A stretch of 64,000 bases of DNA from Eledone cirrhosa. Its lineage: Eukaryota. The notes under the pieces were generated by a model, which saw only the letters and a list, made by a program, of their open reading frames with translations, was not told where the DNA came from and did not search any database. The DNA is taken from assembly GCA_964016885.1 (NCBI GenBank), contig OZ024740.1, positions 165,788,001 through 165,852,000 of the forward strand, in the 5' to 3' direction. A program made the position numbers and the translations under genes. Shown here one piece after another: positions 46,781-63,263 of the stretch; positions within the stretch are counted from its first letter, which is position 1; the number at the start of each line of letters is the position of its first letter.

Positions 46781-47104
46781 CACTGCTATTCAAATATTCG
46801 CTCTAACTGCTAGTTAATTATATTAAAATATTTTGATAGGATTTTAATTCTGACTAATGTTTTAACCATGCTTTCTAATTCTATGATTTAATAATCTACA
46901 CACCATCATGCCTACGCCATGGCCCAACTCTCATATTTAAGCAGACAGTTTTAATACTGCATTCAAATACGAACATTTCCTCCATTTTATATCATCATTA
47001 TGTCAACACGCAAATTTTATATTATATATAACTAATGGATAATGAAAACGAATTATTAAACCCCAAGTTAGTAATGAACACATAGACATGTGATGAAAAC
47101 AGCA

Positions 47105-47170
47105 CCCACGGTTGGAACGTCCTTGATCATAGGTCTGCTCACTCGGAGCAGATATGAGGCTAAACTGCAA
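47105..47170 (-). mobile_element. Fragment of a short interspersed repeat (family C); related degenerate pieces near 13660-13740, 15405-15460, 25620-25700, 40690-40740 and 48250-48300
   Basis: TTGATCATAGGTCTGCTC resembles the reverse complement of GAGTAGACCTATGCCCAA at ~15421; the other copies are weaker. Confidence 0.4.
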
Positions 47171-47735
47171 CTAGGTATTTCTAGCATAAGGGATTTCTAA
47201 CATAAGCAGAAAACCATGCATCTTTTACTATTTGCTGTTATATCGAACTCCAATACTTGGCTGGCACATAGTTTACCGACCTCGGAATAATGACGGATAA
47301 TAAAGTCAACACCAGAGAAATTTGCAAATCCAACATAAAGAGGAGTGTCTCTATCCTTTAATGTTTTTTTCTTTCTTGTTATTGTTATCTGTCGTTCAAC
47401 CGATTCTACAAATGTTATTGCTGTGAATATGTCATGAATGATATTACTATGAATCATAACATTCTATTGAAAAATATATTCAATATCAATCAATATCACA
47501 AGACTGTTTTATAATTGCCATAATGATTCAGCTCTAGTTATATCAATACATTGTTGCTTCCTTATTCCAACATCATGCCAAGTAGTATCTTTAATGTCAG
47601 TCATTTAGAAAGATTATGTATGCCCTAACCAGAATGAAATTTTTACAAAGAAACGAACACTCTTCAAATTCTGAGTTGAGTGGTGTCACCCCACTGGATT
47701 AGCAGCAACAATAGAGTATTAATATGTGCACATAC

Positions 47736-47880
<145 letters not shown>

Positions 47881-48843
47881 TTCACATTTATATATATATA
47901 TATTCATACACATGTAGAACATTTCAGAATAAATGTTGTTTATTCAAGTAGTTCAATGTGTTTTTCACCTACACATTCAACATGGGCACCATTCAAGATG
48001 GTATATCCATATTTATGAATATGTTTTTCCTTGAAAGCCTTACTGTCTGTGCAACGTATTAGCCATTATCATATAGAGTATTATGATGTCTCATTTTTCA
48101 ATTTTTGTGTATCTTAAAATAACTTTCAGCCGTGAAGAATTCACAAAAAAGGGAAGCATAAACGTGATCAATTACTTTTTTATCGATGGGTATACTATAG
48201 GCAACTATACTGACTGATAGTGCGTATTATCAATATTGTTATTTGCTCCCAGGTGAACTCTGACAAACTTCACACATGATCAAGGACATTTCAGATGTAA
48301 ATCAATGTAATAGAAAAATAGACAGAGGAAAACATTGGTAGATATAATTTGTGTAGTAGATCTAATTATGGATGGTAGATTTAATTCATCACTTGGCCAT
48401 CGGAGTCCATGCTGTTACAAATATTTGAACAAGGGCTTCTGATTTCAAGATCAGGGAGCTAGACAACTGCCTATTCTTCCTTGTCTAAACAGTAAAAATG
48501 ATTGAAAGAATCAGTGCATATGCTAGGCACTTATTACATCTTCAGTAGACCTACTACACACAAATACTCACACAATCAATCATAGACACACACACACGCT
48601 CATATTAGCCTCCCACACATATATACTAGTAGGACATTCCGCATTTCATAAATGTCCCTATTCTTATTTTGATATATAAAATAAACTTATAGACATTCAT
48701 AACATTGTTTCATATTTGGGTTATGACTTTGATATTGTTCCATAGGTAGAACTTAGATTGCAGAAAGCGTAATACTCGAACACATGTTGTGATCAGCACA
48801 AAAAATATTATATATATATATTTATATATATATATATATATAT

Positions 48844-48949
<106 letters not shown>

Positions 48950-49034
48950 CATACATACACATACACATACATACACACACACACACACACACAAATATAT
49001 ATATTGTATATGTTATACATATTATATATATATA

Positions 49035-49266
49035 TGGTAATTGCTACTACAGTATAAAACAGAATTTTCACTTTACTAATATCATGTAAACATGATCTTG
49101 CTGCAATTCTAGATCGGAATGCTTCAATATAGTAAAAGAAAGCCTCCAGATCAGTGCCGTCGGCACGACAACATAACATAAGAAATGCCAATACACTAAT
49201 GCACCAAACTCCACCCACATATCTCCATCCACATGAGTTTGAAAAGCGCAAGAACTCACTCACCAT
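49035..49266 (-). CDS. Candidate first coding exon of a secreted or membrane host protein (signal-peptide-like)
   Basis: ATG at 49264-49266 gives MVSEFLRFSNSCGWRYVGGVWCISVLAFLMLCCRADG|TDLEAFFYYIEAFRSRIAARSC, with a hydrophobic core and an A-x-G cleavage-like site. No strong donor was found, so the 3' boundary is uncertain. Confidence 0.25.
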
Positions 49267-49996
49267 CACCCAAACATCAACTTAAACAACACGCTCTGAC
49301 ATATTACAAAGAACCGTTTGTTTGCAGCATGGCTTAAGAGAAAAGCTGGCTGTATAAAGCAAACATAGCCAGCCAAATCCTTAACGTCTAATATCTAGTG
49401 AGCAATTTAATTAAGGGATTGCTCAATGTTACAAGAGGCCATGACAGATCCGCCATTTCCTAAAAACTCGTATAGTCATTTATTTCTTTTATTTGCGCTT
49501 ATTCGGATTTTTCAAATGTTTACTGTAGGAAAACTACACGTGACAAAAGAACCTCTTTTCTTAGCTTTCCAATTGTTCCTATATTTCTCTTCTGCTTCTG
49601 CCCCCACACCCTGTTTCCATGCAATCTTTTATCTCTTCTTTTTTATTATTATTCTAATAAATTCTCTTTCTATCTTTCCTCCATTCCTCTCTATTTCCTC
49701 GCATCCTTCGGACTATCGGATGACGTACGAGCAATCATTCCCACACTAACACTTTTATTTGACTTCCATTTCCATTCCGTTGCTTCATTACTCTTCAACA
49801 CCACCCTCCAACAACCATCCAGCCTTGTGTAAAATTAACTATACTGTAGCCAATGCTCCCCCTCCTGTTCTTTGCTTTCAAACTCTCATAACGTTTTCGA
49901 ACGAAACCTGGTCTGACTTTATGATGCATCGGTATTTCTTCCAACAAACAACTTCATTCAAATCATTCATGCACACATACCAACGCACATATTCTC

Positions 49997-50102
<106 letters not shown>

Positions 50103-50246
50103 GCACAGACACACACACACGCGCACAGACACACACACAGACACACACACACACACACACAAACACATGTATATATATATATATATACACAAAACATACA
50201 ATCGTAAATATGTGTCCATGTGTGATAAATTTTTGTATGCTTGTAC

Positions 50247-50282
<36 letters not shown>

Positions 50283-51063
50283 ATATATACCGTTGTATTG
50301 TTTAGTTATATATATATTATATAAGACGGAAGCCATACACATACACTGGCATACAGTTACAGAAATATACCTTACATGCATGCGTATATATAGTCAGGCA
50401 TACATATAAATACATCTATGTACACTTGCAATGACATATTTAGAACGTACAACCTTCATGCTCATTTTTTCATATTGATTGTCCACTTTCATTTGAATAT
50501 AAAGGTCTCCCCAAATTTTATTACTTGATTCTAGTCATGGGTCAAGGCTTACGTCATTCTAGTCCAGGGTCAAAACTGTATAATCTCTATAGTTTACTTC
50601 GATCATCCCCACTTTATCACATATACTTTCTCTTACTACTCTATTCTCGACACTTCCTGCTTCCTTCGCCTTTTAGTTTTACCCTATTTCACCTCTAATC
50701 TATTTTTATTCCATTAAATCCATCCCTAGTATATATCCCTATGCCCTATCCAATAGGATCCGATTTTATTACTACTTTTAATTTCCAACACAAATCTTTC
50801 ACTTCATCTTCTTTCTCTTCCTCTAGTTGTGCACAACCAGATTCATGCGCTCTTCCACAGGCTTCCATTCTCTCTTTCACTTTCTCCATCTCTTTCGCTT
50901 ACCTTCACTATATCTTCCTCTTGCTCTTCTTCACCCACAATACTCACTCTAAACATTTATTCTCAGGATCATATACTCTCTCCCATTGCATTTTACTCTT
51001 CAGAAGCGCATCTAATTCTCATATACTCTAATATTTTCTGTATTTCCCTCTTCTTTTCTTTTT

Positions 51064-51760
<697 letters not shown>

Positions 51761-54714
51761 TGTCATATATGCCCAAATATATTCGACATGTGTGCGTGTG
51801 TATGTTTGCTTTTGAATGAGTTCCTTTATGTAGTTACTATACCAGCGCTGAGCTCATTTAATTTCCATCCCAGTCGAATGCTTTCTCAATGAAATAACCT
51901 TCGTCTCTCTACTTCCGACCTTTGTACTCAACTTTCTTGCTATTACTCTTTTTCTTGAGCTGCATGATCTACTTTTATGACTAGAAAATCCATTGAATAA
52001 TCCTTATTATAGTTATTCTTTCTTCGCTTCTTCCTTTCCTTCCCTTCAAATTTTGTACCATCTATTCCGTCTTTGTTACTTAAGCTCCCACACTTTCAAT
52101 CTTCCTTCTTCACCCTTATCCTCCCCTGCCTTTTTACTATAATTGCGCACGCATCCACACGCACACAAACAGACATATCCTCACACTCGCCCCCCCCCCC
52201 CTCCCTCTCTCTCTCTCCTCTCTTGTTTTCCTCCATCTTTTTCGTCTTGCGTATTTTCGTTCTTACTCTTCCTCCTCATCCCTCTTCGATTTCGTTTTTT
52301 TCCCTTTTTGGACACCAATTATTTCAGTTCACATATAGCCTTGCGTGCATCGCAATTTTAGTCCTTTGAGTCTTACGGAAACCATTGCACCATCTGCCTT
52401 TCTATTAATGACACATATTACACAGATAGCAACACACACATACGCACACACACAGCACGCTCCCCATAATGTTATATACAGGTACACATCTTCTGTAGCT
52501 CGCACACTATCACGCACTGAAATCAAAAATCGGAAAATCGGATAAAGGAAAGTATTGTAGAGGAAGAGAGACAAAGGCCTGATAAGGTAGGATAAGAAAC
52601 ACGAAAGGTTATATAGGCGAGAAAAAATAGTTGAGGGAAAAGGATTTAGATAACAAATGAAAAGAAACAAGAGAGACGCATTTTATGAGATAAACCCGGT
52701 TTGTTTGATGTTCTAGTACAGTAATTTGTGCGTGACATTCATTGGTTTTGTTAATACTTCACGCAATAACCTAACCTATGTTTCTTTCGTACAAATCATC
52801 GTTTAGTTAACATTATAAATAAAACTTCTTTGATTATGTAAGTCTATCAGTTTTATACTCATACCCTGAAAGAGAGCTACCTATGCAAAATAGTAGGGTT
52901 TTGATTTCGTTTCGTAAAAAAATATATATTTACTTCATCAGAAAAATAAACATTCCTAGGTTCTTTTAATATTTGTGTTACGAGGGAAGACAGAAAAATT
53001 TGTATAATTAAGATTTGTTTACTATATTCAACACGGTTAAACTTACTGAATATACGCTTTTTAAAACATGTACATGTCACGGGTTAATTAGTGGCATAGT
53101 GAAAATACACACACGTTTGCTTCGTAACTTTAATTGAAATTGAACTATGTTAAAATTAGTGAATTATCAATGAAGTTTTGATTTGATGTTGACGCCAATA
53201 ACAAATGTTAAGAAGAAAAAAAAAGGTTTGTAAGGCTCAGTTTCTATCTATATTCAGGTAACTATGGAATAATTCGAAATTACATCTTACTAGTGCCACA
53301 TATTATAATTTAGTATTCATCTTCACCATTGATATTATTATCATCACCACAAATATACTTATTGACCACCAGCAATACCTTCATACTCGCTACCCTTACC
53401 TTGACCCTTCACTACACTCATTGCTATCGTCAAAATAACCACCATCATCTCCATCACAACCGAAACCATCATTTCCGCCATCACAACCTTCATTAATACA
53501 ACCCCACCATATTGACAATCAACATTTAAAAAAATATTCACCGGTAATTCAATTATAAAATTCAATCAAACGGCTTAGATGTTAATTTAGTTTTAGCCTG
53601 ACAAGTCACTGATTAGATTTCAATAATTCCTGCTCCAATCTTTCCTGCTGTAATCGTTACTTTTATTCAATCATCCTATATCTAGGATTGTATTATCCAA
53701 TGTTTCCTTCGTTTTTAAAATAGTAGGGTTTTATTTCATATAGGGTTGTCTGCTATTTCTAGAATGATTACAGAGAAACACATTCATTGCCTAACACTTC
53801 CACGTTAATAAGGTTTTACTGTAGGGTGCTCTGAGTGCAGCCTGTTGCCAGGCAAGTTATGGAACATGATTTGAGACCGTTTAAATTGTCTGTTACTTTT
53901 TTTATTTATCTCTCTCAAACATCTACTTTTAATGTCTAATTACACTGATAAGGAATTTAAATCTCAGTTGTTGAATATTTACAACTAAGATTGATATTAC
54001 CTGGTAAGTGAAAACTGGAAATGTAAACTTTAGATAGGATGCCTGTTGACGGATAATAATCTTGAATATAGATGGATTGCCTGTTGTTTGACTATTGAAA
54101 TTCTAAAGTACAAATTACAATATGTTTGCCATCTCAAATATGTGGTTCTATAGACTGACAGATGAGTTCTCAAAGATGATTACATGACAAACTTCTGTCT
54201 GATAGCTCAGCTACACAAACACATTTAAGGAAACAGGGAGAGAAAAAAAGAAAGAAAGAGGGCGAGAGAAACACAATAACAAATGCAATTTAACACAGTG
54301 AATGGTCAATTCATTTATCTTAGGAGGTATCACATGAAACAACGCTAGACAACGTTGTAAAACAATCTTACGTACACGCACGCATATACACATACACATA
54401 CACAAAATACGCAGAATCACATAGTCACTATCACGCCCTCAGACAAACAACACACACACAAAAAGCATGTGTCATCGAAGATGGATGGTTTTTTAATCTG
54501 GTTAGTTTCATAATATTTATTCTAAGCAGTTTGAAAGGAGGAAATACTTTAGACCGGATATTATTCTCGACCATTCCACTTTGACATTTACTTAGATAGG
54601 TATCTGGTGCCAACTGAGGCAGGTTAGATTGTTTCATACAGCTAAAATAGCCATATTGTTATTGAGGTATGTGTACATGCATGGCTGTACCTTATATTCC
54701 TATTAACGCATATA

Positions 54715-54755
54715 CACGCATATATATATATACATACATTACATACATACATATG

Positions 54756-54806
<51 letters not shown>

Positions 54807-55045
54807 GTATATATATGTATATATATATATGTATATATATATGTATATATATGTATATATATATATGTATATATATATGTATGTATATATATATATGTAT
54901 ATATATATGTATGTATATATATATATGTATATATATATGTATATATATATGTATGTAATGTATTTGTGTGTGTGTACATACATGTTTAAATACATGCACA
55001 CACACACATATATATACACACACACAGAGAGGGAGAGAGAGAGAC
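54715..55045. repeat. Compound (TA)n/(TATATG)n/(CA)n microsatellite
   Basis: Read directly. Confidence 0.9.
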
Positions 55046-55864
55046 TTAACTGATTTTCCGTGTACGAGTGTGTTTGGGTATATTATAGAGATATATTAGT
55101 GGGCGTAATTCTTTCATCGTACATTATCGCACAAACCTTTGGAGAATATACCTATATTTATTTGTATTTGTATTTCATGCTTATGCCACACTAAATACAA
55201 ATATCCATTCAACGTCTTAGGAATATTTGTATTTACCTATCTGTTTTGTCTAGTCTAACTCATCTAACATGCGTACATACAAGCATTCATACACACAGGC
55301 ACACATATATCCACATACATTTTAAGTATTTGTCTTTGTGTGTTTGCATTCATAACCTGTGTTCGTATATGTTTTGTTTGCTTGTTTCCGTGCTATTATA
55401 CATGTTTGTATACACACACACACACACGTACATAGTGACATGACTCTGGGTCTGTGCTTGCACATATGAGTATATATATTAATAGTTAGTTTTATGTAAA
55501 TATATATATTTATTTTGTTCTTTTCGATTTGTTTTAACTTCACAGAGGAAGCAAAACCCTGCCTGTATGTGAAATGGATCCTTCATTCATTTAAAGAATT
55601 TTTTATATTTATTCCAGAAATCCGGTTGCATAGATAATAATTTCAGGAAAAAAAACTAAATATTTACCTTAAGATAGTGGAGTTACATACAATCATGTAT
55701 TTCCTTACCTAGGGTTGATGTGAAATGAGCTGCTAATTTTCTTTTTGTACATTCATTTCCTTATTTATTGTGTGGTTAAAGCTAGTAATTGAATGAAGCT
55801 AATGTTTATTTCAATTATTATTTAGAGAAAAAACAGACCAATTGAAAGAAATGTATGTATGAAT

Positions 55865-55899
<35 letters not shown>

Positions 55900-58187
55900 G
55901 AGAGAGAGAGAGAGAGAGAGATCATCATAAACCCCTTTGCAAAATAGATAATATATATATAAATTATATAATACATAACGGAAATAATCAAGTGTTGAAA
56001 GCAAGCCTTGTGGTGGAGCTCATTCCAGATTCTGGATATTTTAACGGTTGAAACCAAATTACTTTCTATCCATTGCCATATATTAGGATAGGCATGAACA
56101 TCATACGTTTTCATTCCGACTCTGAAGACGTTTGTAAGAAGTTATTTTTTCGAGGATGTATTTCTCAGAGTTAGTATGGAAGAGAGAAGAAAGGGTGGTG
56201 GGTGGTTAGATTATTGGCAGTTTTAAATAACAGATGTAGAAATCATTTTCAGTACAACAGGTAGTAGTAAAAAGGTTTTCATATATAGTATTAATGACCT
56301 CCTTTTATCACGAAGCATATATGACATTTTATTAAATCCATATCTTTTCACTGGCATTTGCAAAAGTGACTGAAGAGAAAAATCTTGAGTAAGTGCAGCT
56401 CAAAGTTGATTCTAAAAGTTTCCACTCTATTTCGTTTCACTAACGCTAATGCTCTTGAGAAATGTATATAAACTGAAAGCAATTTGATTGTCCGCTATAA
56501 ATTTGTATGTAAGAAATCAATAATAAATAAAAGAATAATCTTTCACATTATACTTATTTAGGATATTATATTTCACAAATATTGCATTACATGCTATTGA
56601 AGTTTTGATAAAGCTGTCTGAGATCAGAGGTTATATCATTTTTATAATAACCTATTACCAAACAATATGTTAGTTCTGCAAATGTTATTTAATTCTGTGT
56701 TAGATCCATATAATATTAGCAGCATTAAATTGAAGATGGGAAGATACATATACATCTGCGTACACACAGATATGTATTGGGAATTTTTCCATTTCTTTTT
56801 AATTTGCTTATGCTTACAGTTATATAAACATCTAACGTATATAATCAGATGGCTACATGGTATTCCTGCAATATAAGCTGCACGTAGTATTATACAAAAT
56901 TATATATAATTAATCGTTTCAGAACGCATTCTGAAAATCAATCTAGCAAATTACATTTGCTACTGAAAGGATGTTTAATTGAATGAATTAGCCTACTTGA
57001 TATCTTAGTATTATGTAAATATGTATCTTGTGAAAGAAATATATGTTATTTTATACCAATATATGAATGTCTGATTTGTGGAATTTTCGAGACAAATTGC
57101 AAAACAATAGAAATACTGCACCTAGCTGCAACAGAATTCTTCACCTTCTTCTTTTCCAAGACAGTTTATTCTACTACAAGTCTTGGTGAAACGTAGAGCA
57201 TTTCCATACTTCTAGCAGAATAAACAAAGAAAACACTATTCACGTTGTTAGGAATACATAATCTTTGTCATCATAGTTTCGTTCGACTCAGTGTGTGGTT
57301 TAGATACGTATTGTTGCTCCTGAAGAAAAATGAATTCGCATAAAAGAGAATACTAAATAAAACAATACACGGAATGTATGGGAGATAGAATGATTGGAAT
57401 TCAAAATTGCTTTCATAACATAATACGATTAAAATGCATTTTTATCATCTGGAAGATCAAAGAGAATGTATTCATATATTTATTTATTTATTTATTATTT
57501 TCAGTTCGAGTGTTCAGCTAATCTACCTTTGTGTTGATTTTATCGTTTTGGGTAATTCTTTTTTATATAGTTTTGTGAAAGAAAACATGAAAAGGTTTCT
57601 TTGATCTCGCTAACCGACTTTAAATAGTTTAAGTATATAGCATGAATGCGTGTTTTTATTCCATTCTTACTTATGTATATGAGTGTGTATTGTGTGAATG
57701 CATGCATGCACACTCTCACATGCACACACTTATATATATATTGTGCATACATACTCCAGTTAAAATGCATGTGTGTGCACGTTATCTATACGAAACAAAA
57801 TACAAAATCAAATCTTCTGAAAGCCATATCAGGCTCGTAGCAATATCTCATCTTCAGCATATTTGAATTAAAATATTAATAAATAAATTCGTTTGAAGGG
57901 TTTTCTTTGATGTTTGGCAAAACTATTCTTTTTCTTTCTTACAAAATTCGCTTCACATTGTTGTTTTCTGAATAACTTTCTTTCTGTGGAAGGGGGAGGG
58001 GTAAAACCTACTCGAATTATTCTGTTTTCTATATTTTTTTAAATTTTATTTTGAAGGAACAATATGCTATTTCAATTATTAAATAACTGATTCAGGTGAC
58101 TTTCGATCCAACGATATTGATTGTCGTTTGTATCTGTTTAGTAACGGCTGTGATTTCTGCACGCCGTCTATCTCAACCTCTGATATA

Positions 58188-58326
58188 TAATTGTTTCTAC
58201 TTTTGGCACAAGGCCTGCAATTATCCTAGTGCATTACTGGTACTTTATTTTATCGACCCCGTAAAGATGAAAGGCAAAGTTAACCTCGGCGGGAATTGAA
58301 CTCAGACCGTAAAAGGGCGTAACTCA
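58188..58326 (-). mobile_element. tRNA-derived SINE (family B, short-tail variant)
   Basis: Reverse complement matches ~63798-63936, including B-box GAGTTCAATTCCC. Confidence 0.8.
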
Positions 58327-59062
58327 TAAGTTACCATGTAATTACATATAGGCAATAATGATCAAGAAACTTTTAAGAGAGACAAATGCCGTTGACACAT
58401 TTATACACATTTATATGGAATCTCTTTAAAAAAAAAAATAGGACTTTCTAGAACAGTCGAAGAATTTCGAACTAATTTCAAAAAGATACCTGTTGTTTCT
58501 ATTTGTTTTTCTTGGCGTGGCGTCCTGTTTAGGTGCTTTTCAATCTGTTTTCAGGAAAAGAGATTTTATTTATCATACACAGAGGCCTATATATTGTGAT
58601 GGTTATGTATGCCTATCTATATACGTATTTTTATCCATATGTGGATTATATATATCTGTATGCGTGCGTATATAGATGGCAGTCATACACGCGTGTGAGT
58701 GTGTGAATAAATCCCATGTGGTTTGAAGATTTCGTTTTTCTGATGTAAGATTCCCAGAAGACAACTTTACCAATGTATATAACTGCTGGTTGTTAGAAAT
58801 CTTCTTTTTTTCCTTTTGCTGACTCTGTTTTCAACACTTCTACATACACAAAAGACTAACGCAACAAATGTAATATAAACTAATGCATTGAAATACTTGT
58901 GAAAAGAATTAACAAAAAACATTATAACTTAGATTTCATTATTTAAGCACGTGCGCACATATATGCATAGGTTCATAAAAGCAAACAAATATGCATAAAG
59001 GAAAAAAATTGTGACCAAATATGGTTACATACAGACAATAATATTAACAGACGCACATGTGC

Positions 59063-59121
<59 letters not shown>

Positions 59122-59307
59122 TATATATATATACACGCACATTTATGGCATTATTTTTTACATACAGACTTATATAAATACACAACAGAAATCATAAATG
59201 GCTGCCTATTTATTCCATTCAATGTATGTATGTGTGTATGTGTGTGTGTGTACGTATGCATGTATGTATGTATGCACATACACAGATATGTATATACAGA
59301 AAGTGCT

Positions 59308-59415
59308 TGGCTTATCGGTTTAGTTGATTGTATCACGATCTTGAGTTCAATTCCCGATGACAGGTTGTGCTACTGAGAAAAAGTTTTTTTATGTTGCACT
59401 AGTCTACTCAGCTGA
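59308..59415 (+). mobile_element. Degenerate tRNA-SINE head
   Basis: TGGCTTATCGGTT (A-box-like), GAGTTCAATTCCC (B-box), AGTCTACTCAGCTG. Confidence 0.45.
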
Positions 59416-60498
59416 TGAAGTCAAGGCACACATTATATATATATAATGTGTGTGTGGGTGTGTCTGTCTGTCTCTCTCTGTGTCTGCATATTATAAAACA
59501 CAGGCATACACGTATTTTTTCTACTTAGCTTGGTAATGTGCTAACAGTTGCTGAAACAATAAGTTATTCACCATAATTGCGCGCGCACACACACACGCAC
59601 ACGCACACGTGCACACGCACACACACGTACACGTACGAACTTATACATACTGCCATTGTATGAAATATTATGTCTTGTGTTTTTAATTAGTTGTTTTACT
59701 CATTCTGTTTACAATGTATTTATTTTTGTCTTTTATTTCCATTTTTATTAAAGGAAAAAGTCCCACTGAAAAAATACTATTCTTGAATTGCAATTTTATT
59801 TAAAATGCTAATATTTGTAAGGTCATAATACGAGTTATTTGCACTATTTTAATATTTTTTTTAGTCGTCTGTTACCAATGATAAAATTAACAAAAGAGTT
59901 AGGAGTGGTAGGAGGTAGGCACAACAACCGTAGTAGCAACACTGAGCTTTGTTTTATAAAAGTGAAGATTTCATTTAACATCCTAATATTATTGGGTTTT
60001 GTCTTAGCCTCAGCTTCTTGGGGTTTCTCTAGAGTTTAACTTTGAAATTGGTTTCTAATAGTTCACATTAGCTGCCAGGCAATACTACACTCTCATTCTA
60101 CATTTTTTATGTTGATGGTGGAAGGGTGTGTTGGTAATTGGTGATGATGGTGGCATTGTTGTTCTTGGTGTTGGTAGTGAATTTGTGAGCAAATATATAA
60201 AGAATGGTGTTATATTAAAGCATTCATCTAGGTCTGATTGATGCTTCTGTTAAACATTCAGTACCACATTTGTTTGCCTTGTATGTGAATATTAAATATC
60301 GGATAAATCGTGAATTTAATGTATGTGGCTGAATCTAACACCTCGTTGTTCTACAAAATCCATTTGATAAAATTGATACCGTCTTGAAGACATAAGAATG
60401 AGGTCAATGGGATCGACTAAATCATGATCGCAGTCTAATGACTTAGACCAGTAGAAGGACAGCAGACTCTACTCTCCCCTCCGTCTGTGTGTGCACGC

Positions 60499-60542
<44 letters not shown>

Positions 60543-60544
60543 GC

Positions 60545-60634
<90 letters not shown>

Positions 60635-60639
60635 ACGCA

Positions 60640-60670
<31 letters not shown>

Positions 60671-60842
60671 GTAAAAGTTCTATTTAAATTGTTGGGATAC
60701 AACAAGCAAATATTTTAATAACTGATATAAAGCACTCAACAAATGATTGGAGTAAAAATACGATATTAACAAATGGAAACTATATTTATAAATATGGTTT
60801 TATAATATAGTTTCCATTTGTTAATATCGTGTATATATATAT

Positions 60843-60916
<74 letters not shown>

Positions 60917-61129
60917 ATAATGTTTTATGGACAAAGAAGCGTTTTTTTTTGTTTTGTATTTTTCTGGCAGCAAGTAGATTCCGAAAACCTGGGAGATCTG
61001 TTTTATACCGAAAGCTCATATAGGGAAAAGTACAATAAAAGTTTGTAAAAATACTATTTGCTGAAATAATCTGTATATAGAGTTGCTACTATAGTATTTA
61101 TACATTATGTATTCCACTTTTCTGTCGCT

Positions 61130-61202
<73 letters not shown>

Positions 61203-61204
<2 letters not shown>

Positions 61205-61610
61205 AATTTACAATTTATGCCTTCGTGAAGCCGTCGTTGACGAGTTCGATCTCAACTCGCTATCCTGGCGCCATAGCACATATCGGTTCCATTGACATGC
61301 CGCTCTGAATGTCATAATCAGGAGGCTCAAATACAGCCGTCTTGCCGGCACAACTGATAACAGCTGGCTTCAATCTCGGTGATGGTATGTGTCCAAACGG
61401 GATAACTCTCTTCCATTTCGAGGAAGGTAAACCCCTAGTCTGGGACGCCACGTGTTGCAACTCGTTCTCTGCCTCCAACCCGACATCACCCCGCAGGGCA
61501 GAAGAGAGGAATATAACTAAATATTGGGGTTTGACTGACCGATTTCTTTTCCTGCTGGTCTCCAGTGAGACCTCTTATATCTTAGGTATTCTTCTGAAAA
61601 TATGGGAAAA
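61203..61610 (+). mobile_element. Decayed 3' fragment of a CRE-like RLE non-LTR retrotransposon (zinc knuckle and endonuclease)
   Basis: C--EAVVDEFDLNSLSWRHSTYRF--HAALNVIIRR; GDGMCPNGITL (cf. DGKRPDGMTL); GKPLVWDATC; AEERNITKY; FLFLLVSSET. Frameshifted; starts at a (TA)n tract. Confidence 0.75.
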
Positions 61611-62414
61611 CTACAACCCGCATAGGTAAGGAGCACCATGGAGTAGGGTGGTTAATGCAACGAGTTTCCTGGTCATTCTCCTCGGCTATGCCTTCACCAT
61701 ATTGTTTGCGGGGCGCAGCTGGAGCATGCTTCTGAAGCTGGGTGTGCAGTCTATCACGTCCTCTCAACTTTCCCTTTCCTTCGACGCTTAATTTCTCTTT
61801 TTCTTCCTTTTTTTTCTGTTTTTCCTTTCTATATTTATTATATAAACTTTACTATCTCATTTATAATAGTTAACATTTTTCCTGTCTGTGGTTTCTATAC
61901 TTTGACATCATAGTGAGAGCAAGCGCAGATATTCTTGTCTATTATGTGTTTCATCATTATCATAATATGCATACTATCTTATCTTCATTACTTCTACGCT
62001 ACTGCGATAACTGCGTTAGTATCATGTCTGCAGCAATTAAATCATTAATTTTAACTTTTATTTAATTAAATTGTCGCAGCAACCAGCTGATAATAAAAGA
62101 TAGCGTATGTCATTAGTAATAAATGCTATAATATTGCAACTCTTTCAATACTAATTGTTAGAATTTTCGGTTGAAATCATCAACCAAGCTAAGTAAAATT
62201 AGATTAAAGAGGCTTTCAAAGTGAAATGCTTGCGTGTGAAACCCGATAAAATACTTCAGAATTTCTAATTGGTCGGAAAGTTCTATTTTCTTAATAAAAG
62301 TTGAGTTGACTGCGAGATTAAACATTAGAAAATCAATTAAGTTAATTAAGCTTTGATTAAAGTACAGTATACATGATCGTGAAACATATATGGAATTAAA
62401 GAAAACACACGCAC

Positions 62415-62656
<242 letters not shown>

Positions 62657-63224
62657 GACACACACACACACAACGACACAGCACTTTTGAATTAAAAATA
62701 AATACAGAAAGCTAGAGAATATTGAAATAGCATTGGGTGAACGTTTCACCCATATACGCATATTTTGTTACCCAGTAGACTAGAGCAGCCATCATTTATA
62801 ACGACACAACATGGCTATTTTCTTTCTTATTCTTGTTTGTTTTCCCCCTTTCGATAAGCTGCATAATAAATAGGTTATGTTTACAGGTGTTCACAGCATG
62901 TATGTTCCCTCCACCTCTGTTTATACACGACTGACATTTTCAAGTAATTTTCAAGTACTGCTAGCTTTGATGGATTTTCCTTCTGGTACGCCCAGTTCGT
63001 GGGACAATGCTACATACTTGGCATCCTAGATTAGAATATCGTTGTTTTCACTAAACCGAAAATAGGAGAGAGAAAATGAGATATACAATGTGTAATCCCC
63101 TAGTAAATCTGTATTGTTATTTTTCGCGCGCATACACACACTCACTCACTCTTTCTCGCTCTCTTATTCTCTCTCTCTCTCGTTTGCTCTCTCTCTCTCT
63201 CTTATTCCCTCTCTCTCTCGTTCG

Positions 63225-63263
<39 letters not shown>

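Noticed and set aside
53820-54180. Possible decayed RTE-like LINE relic
   Set aside because: No intact motif could be read with confidence.
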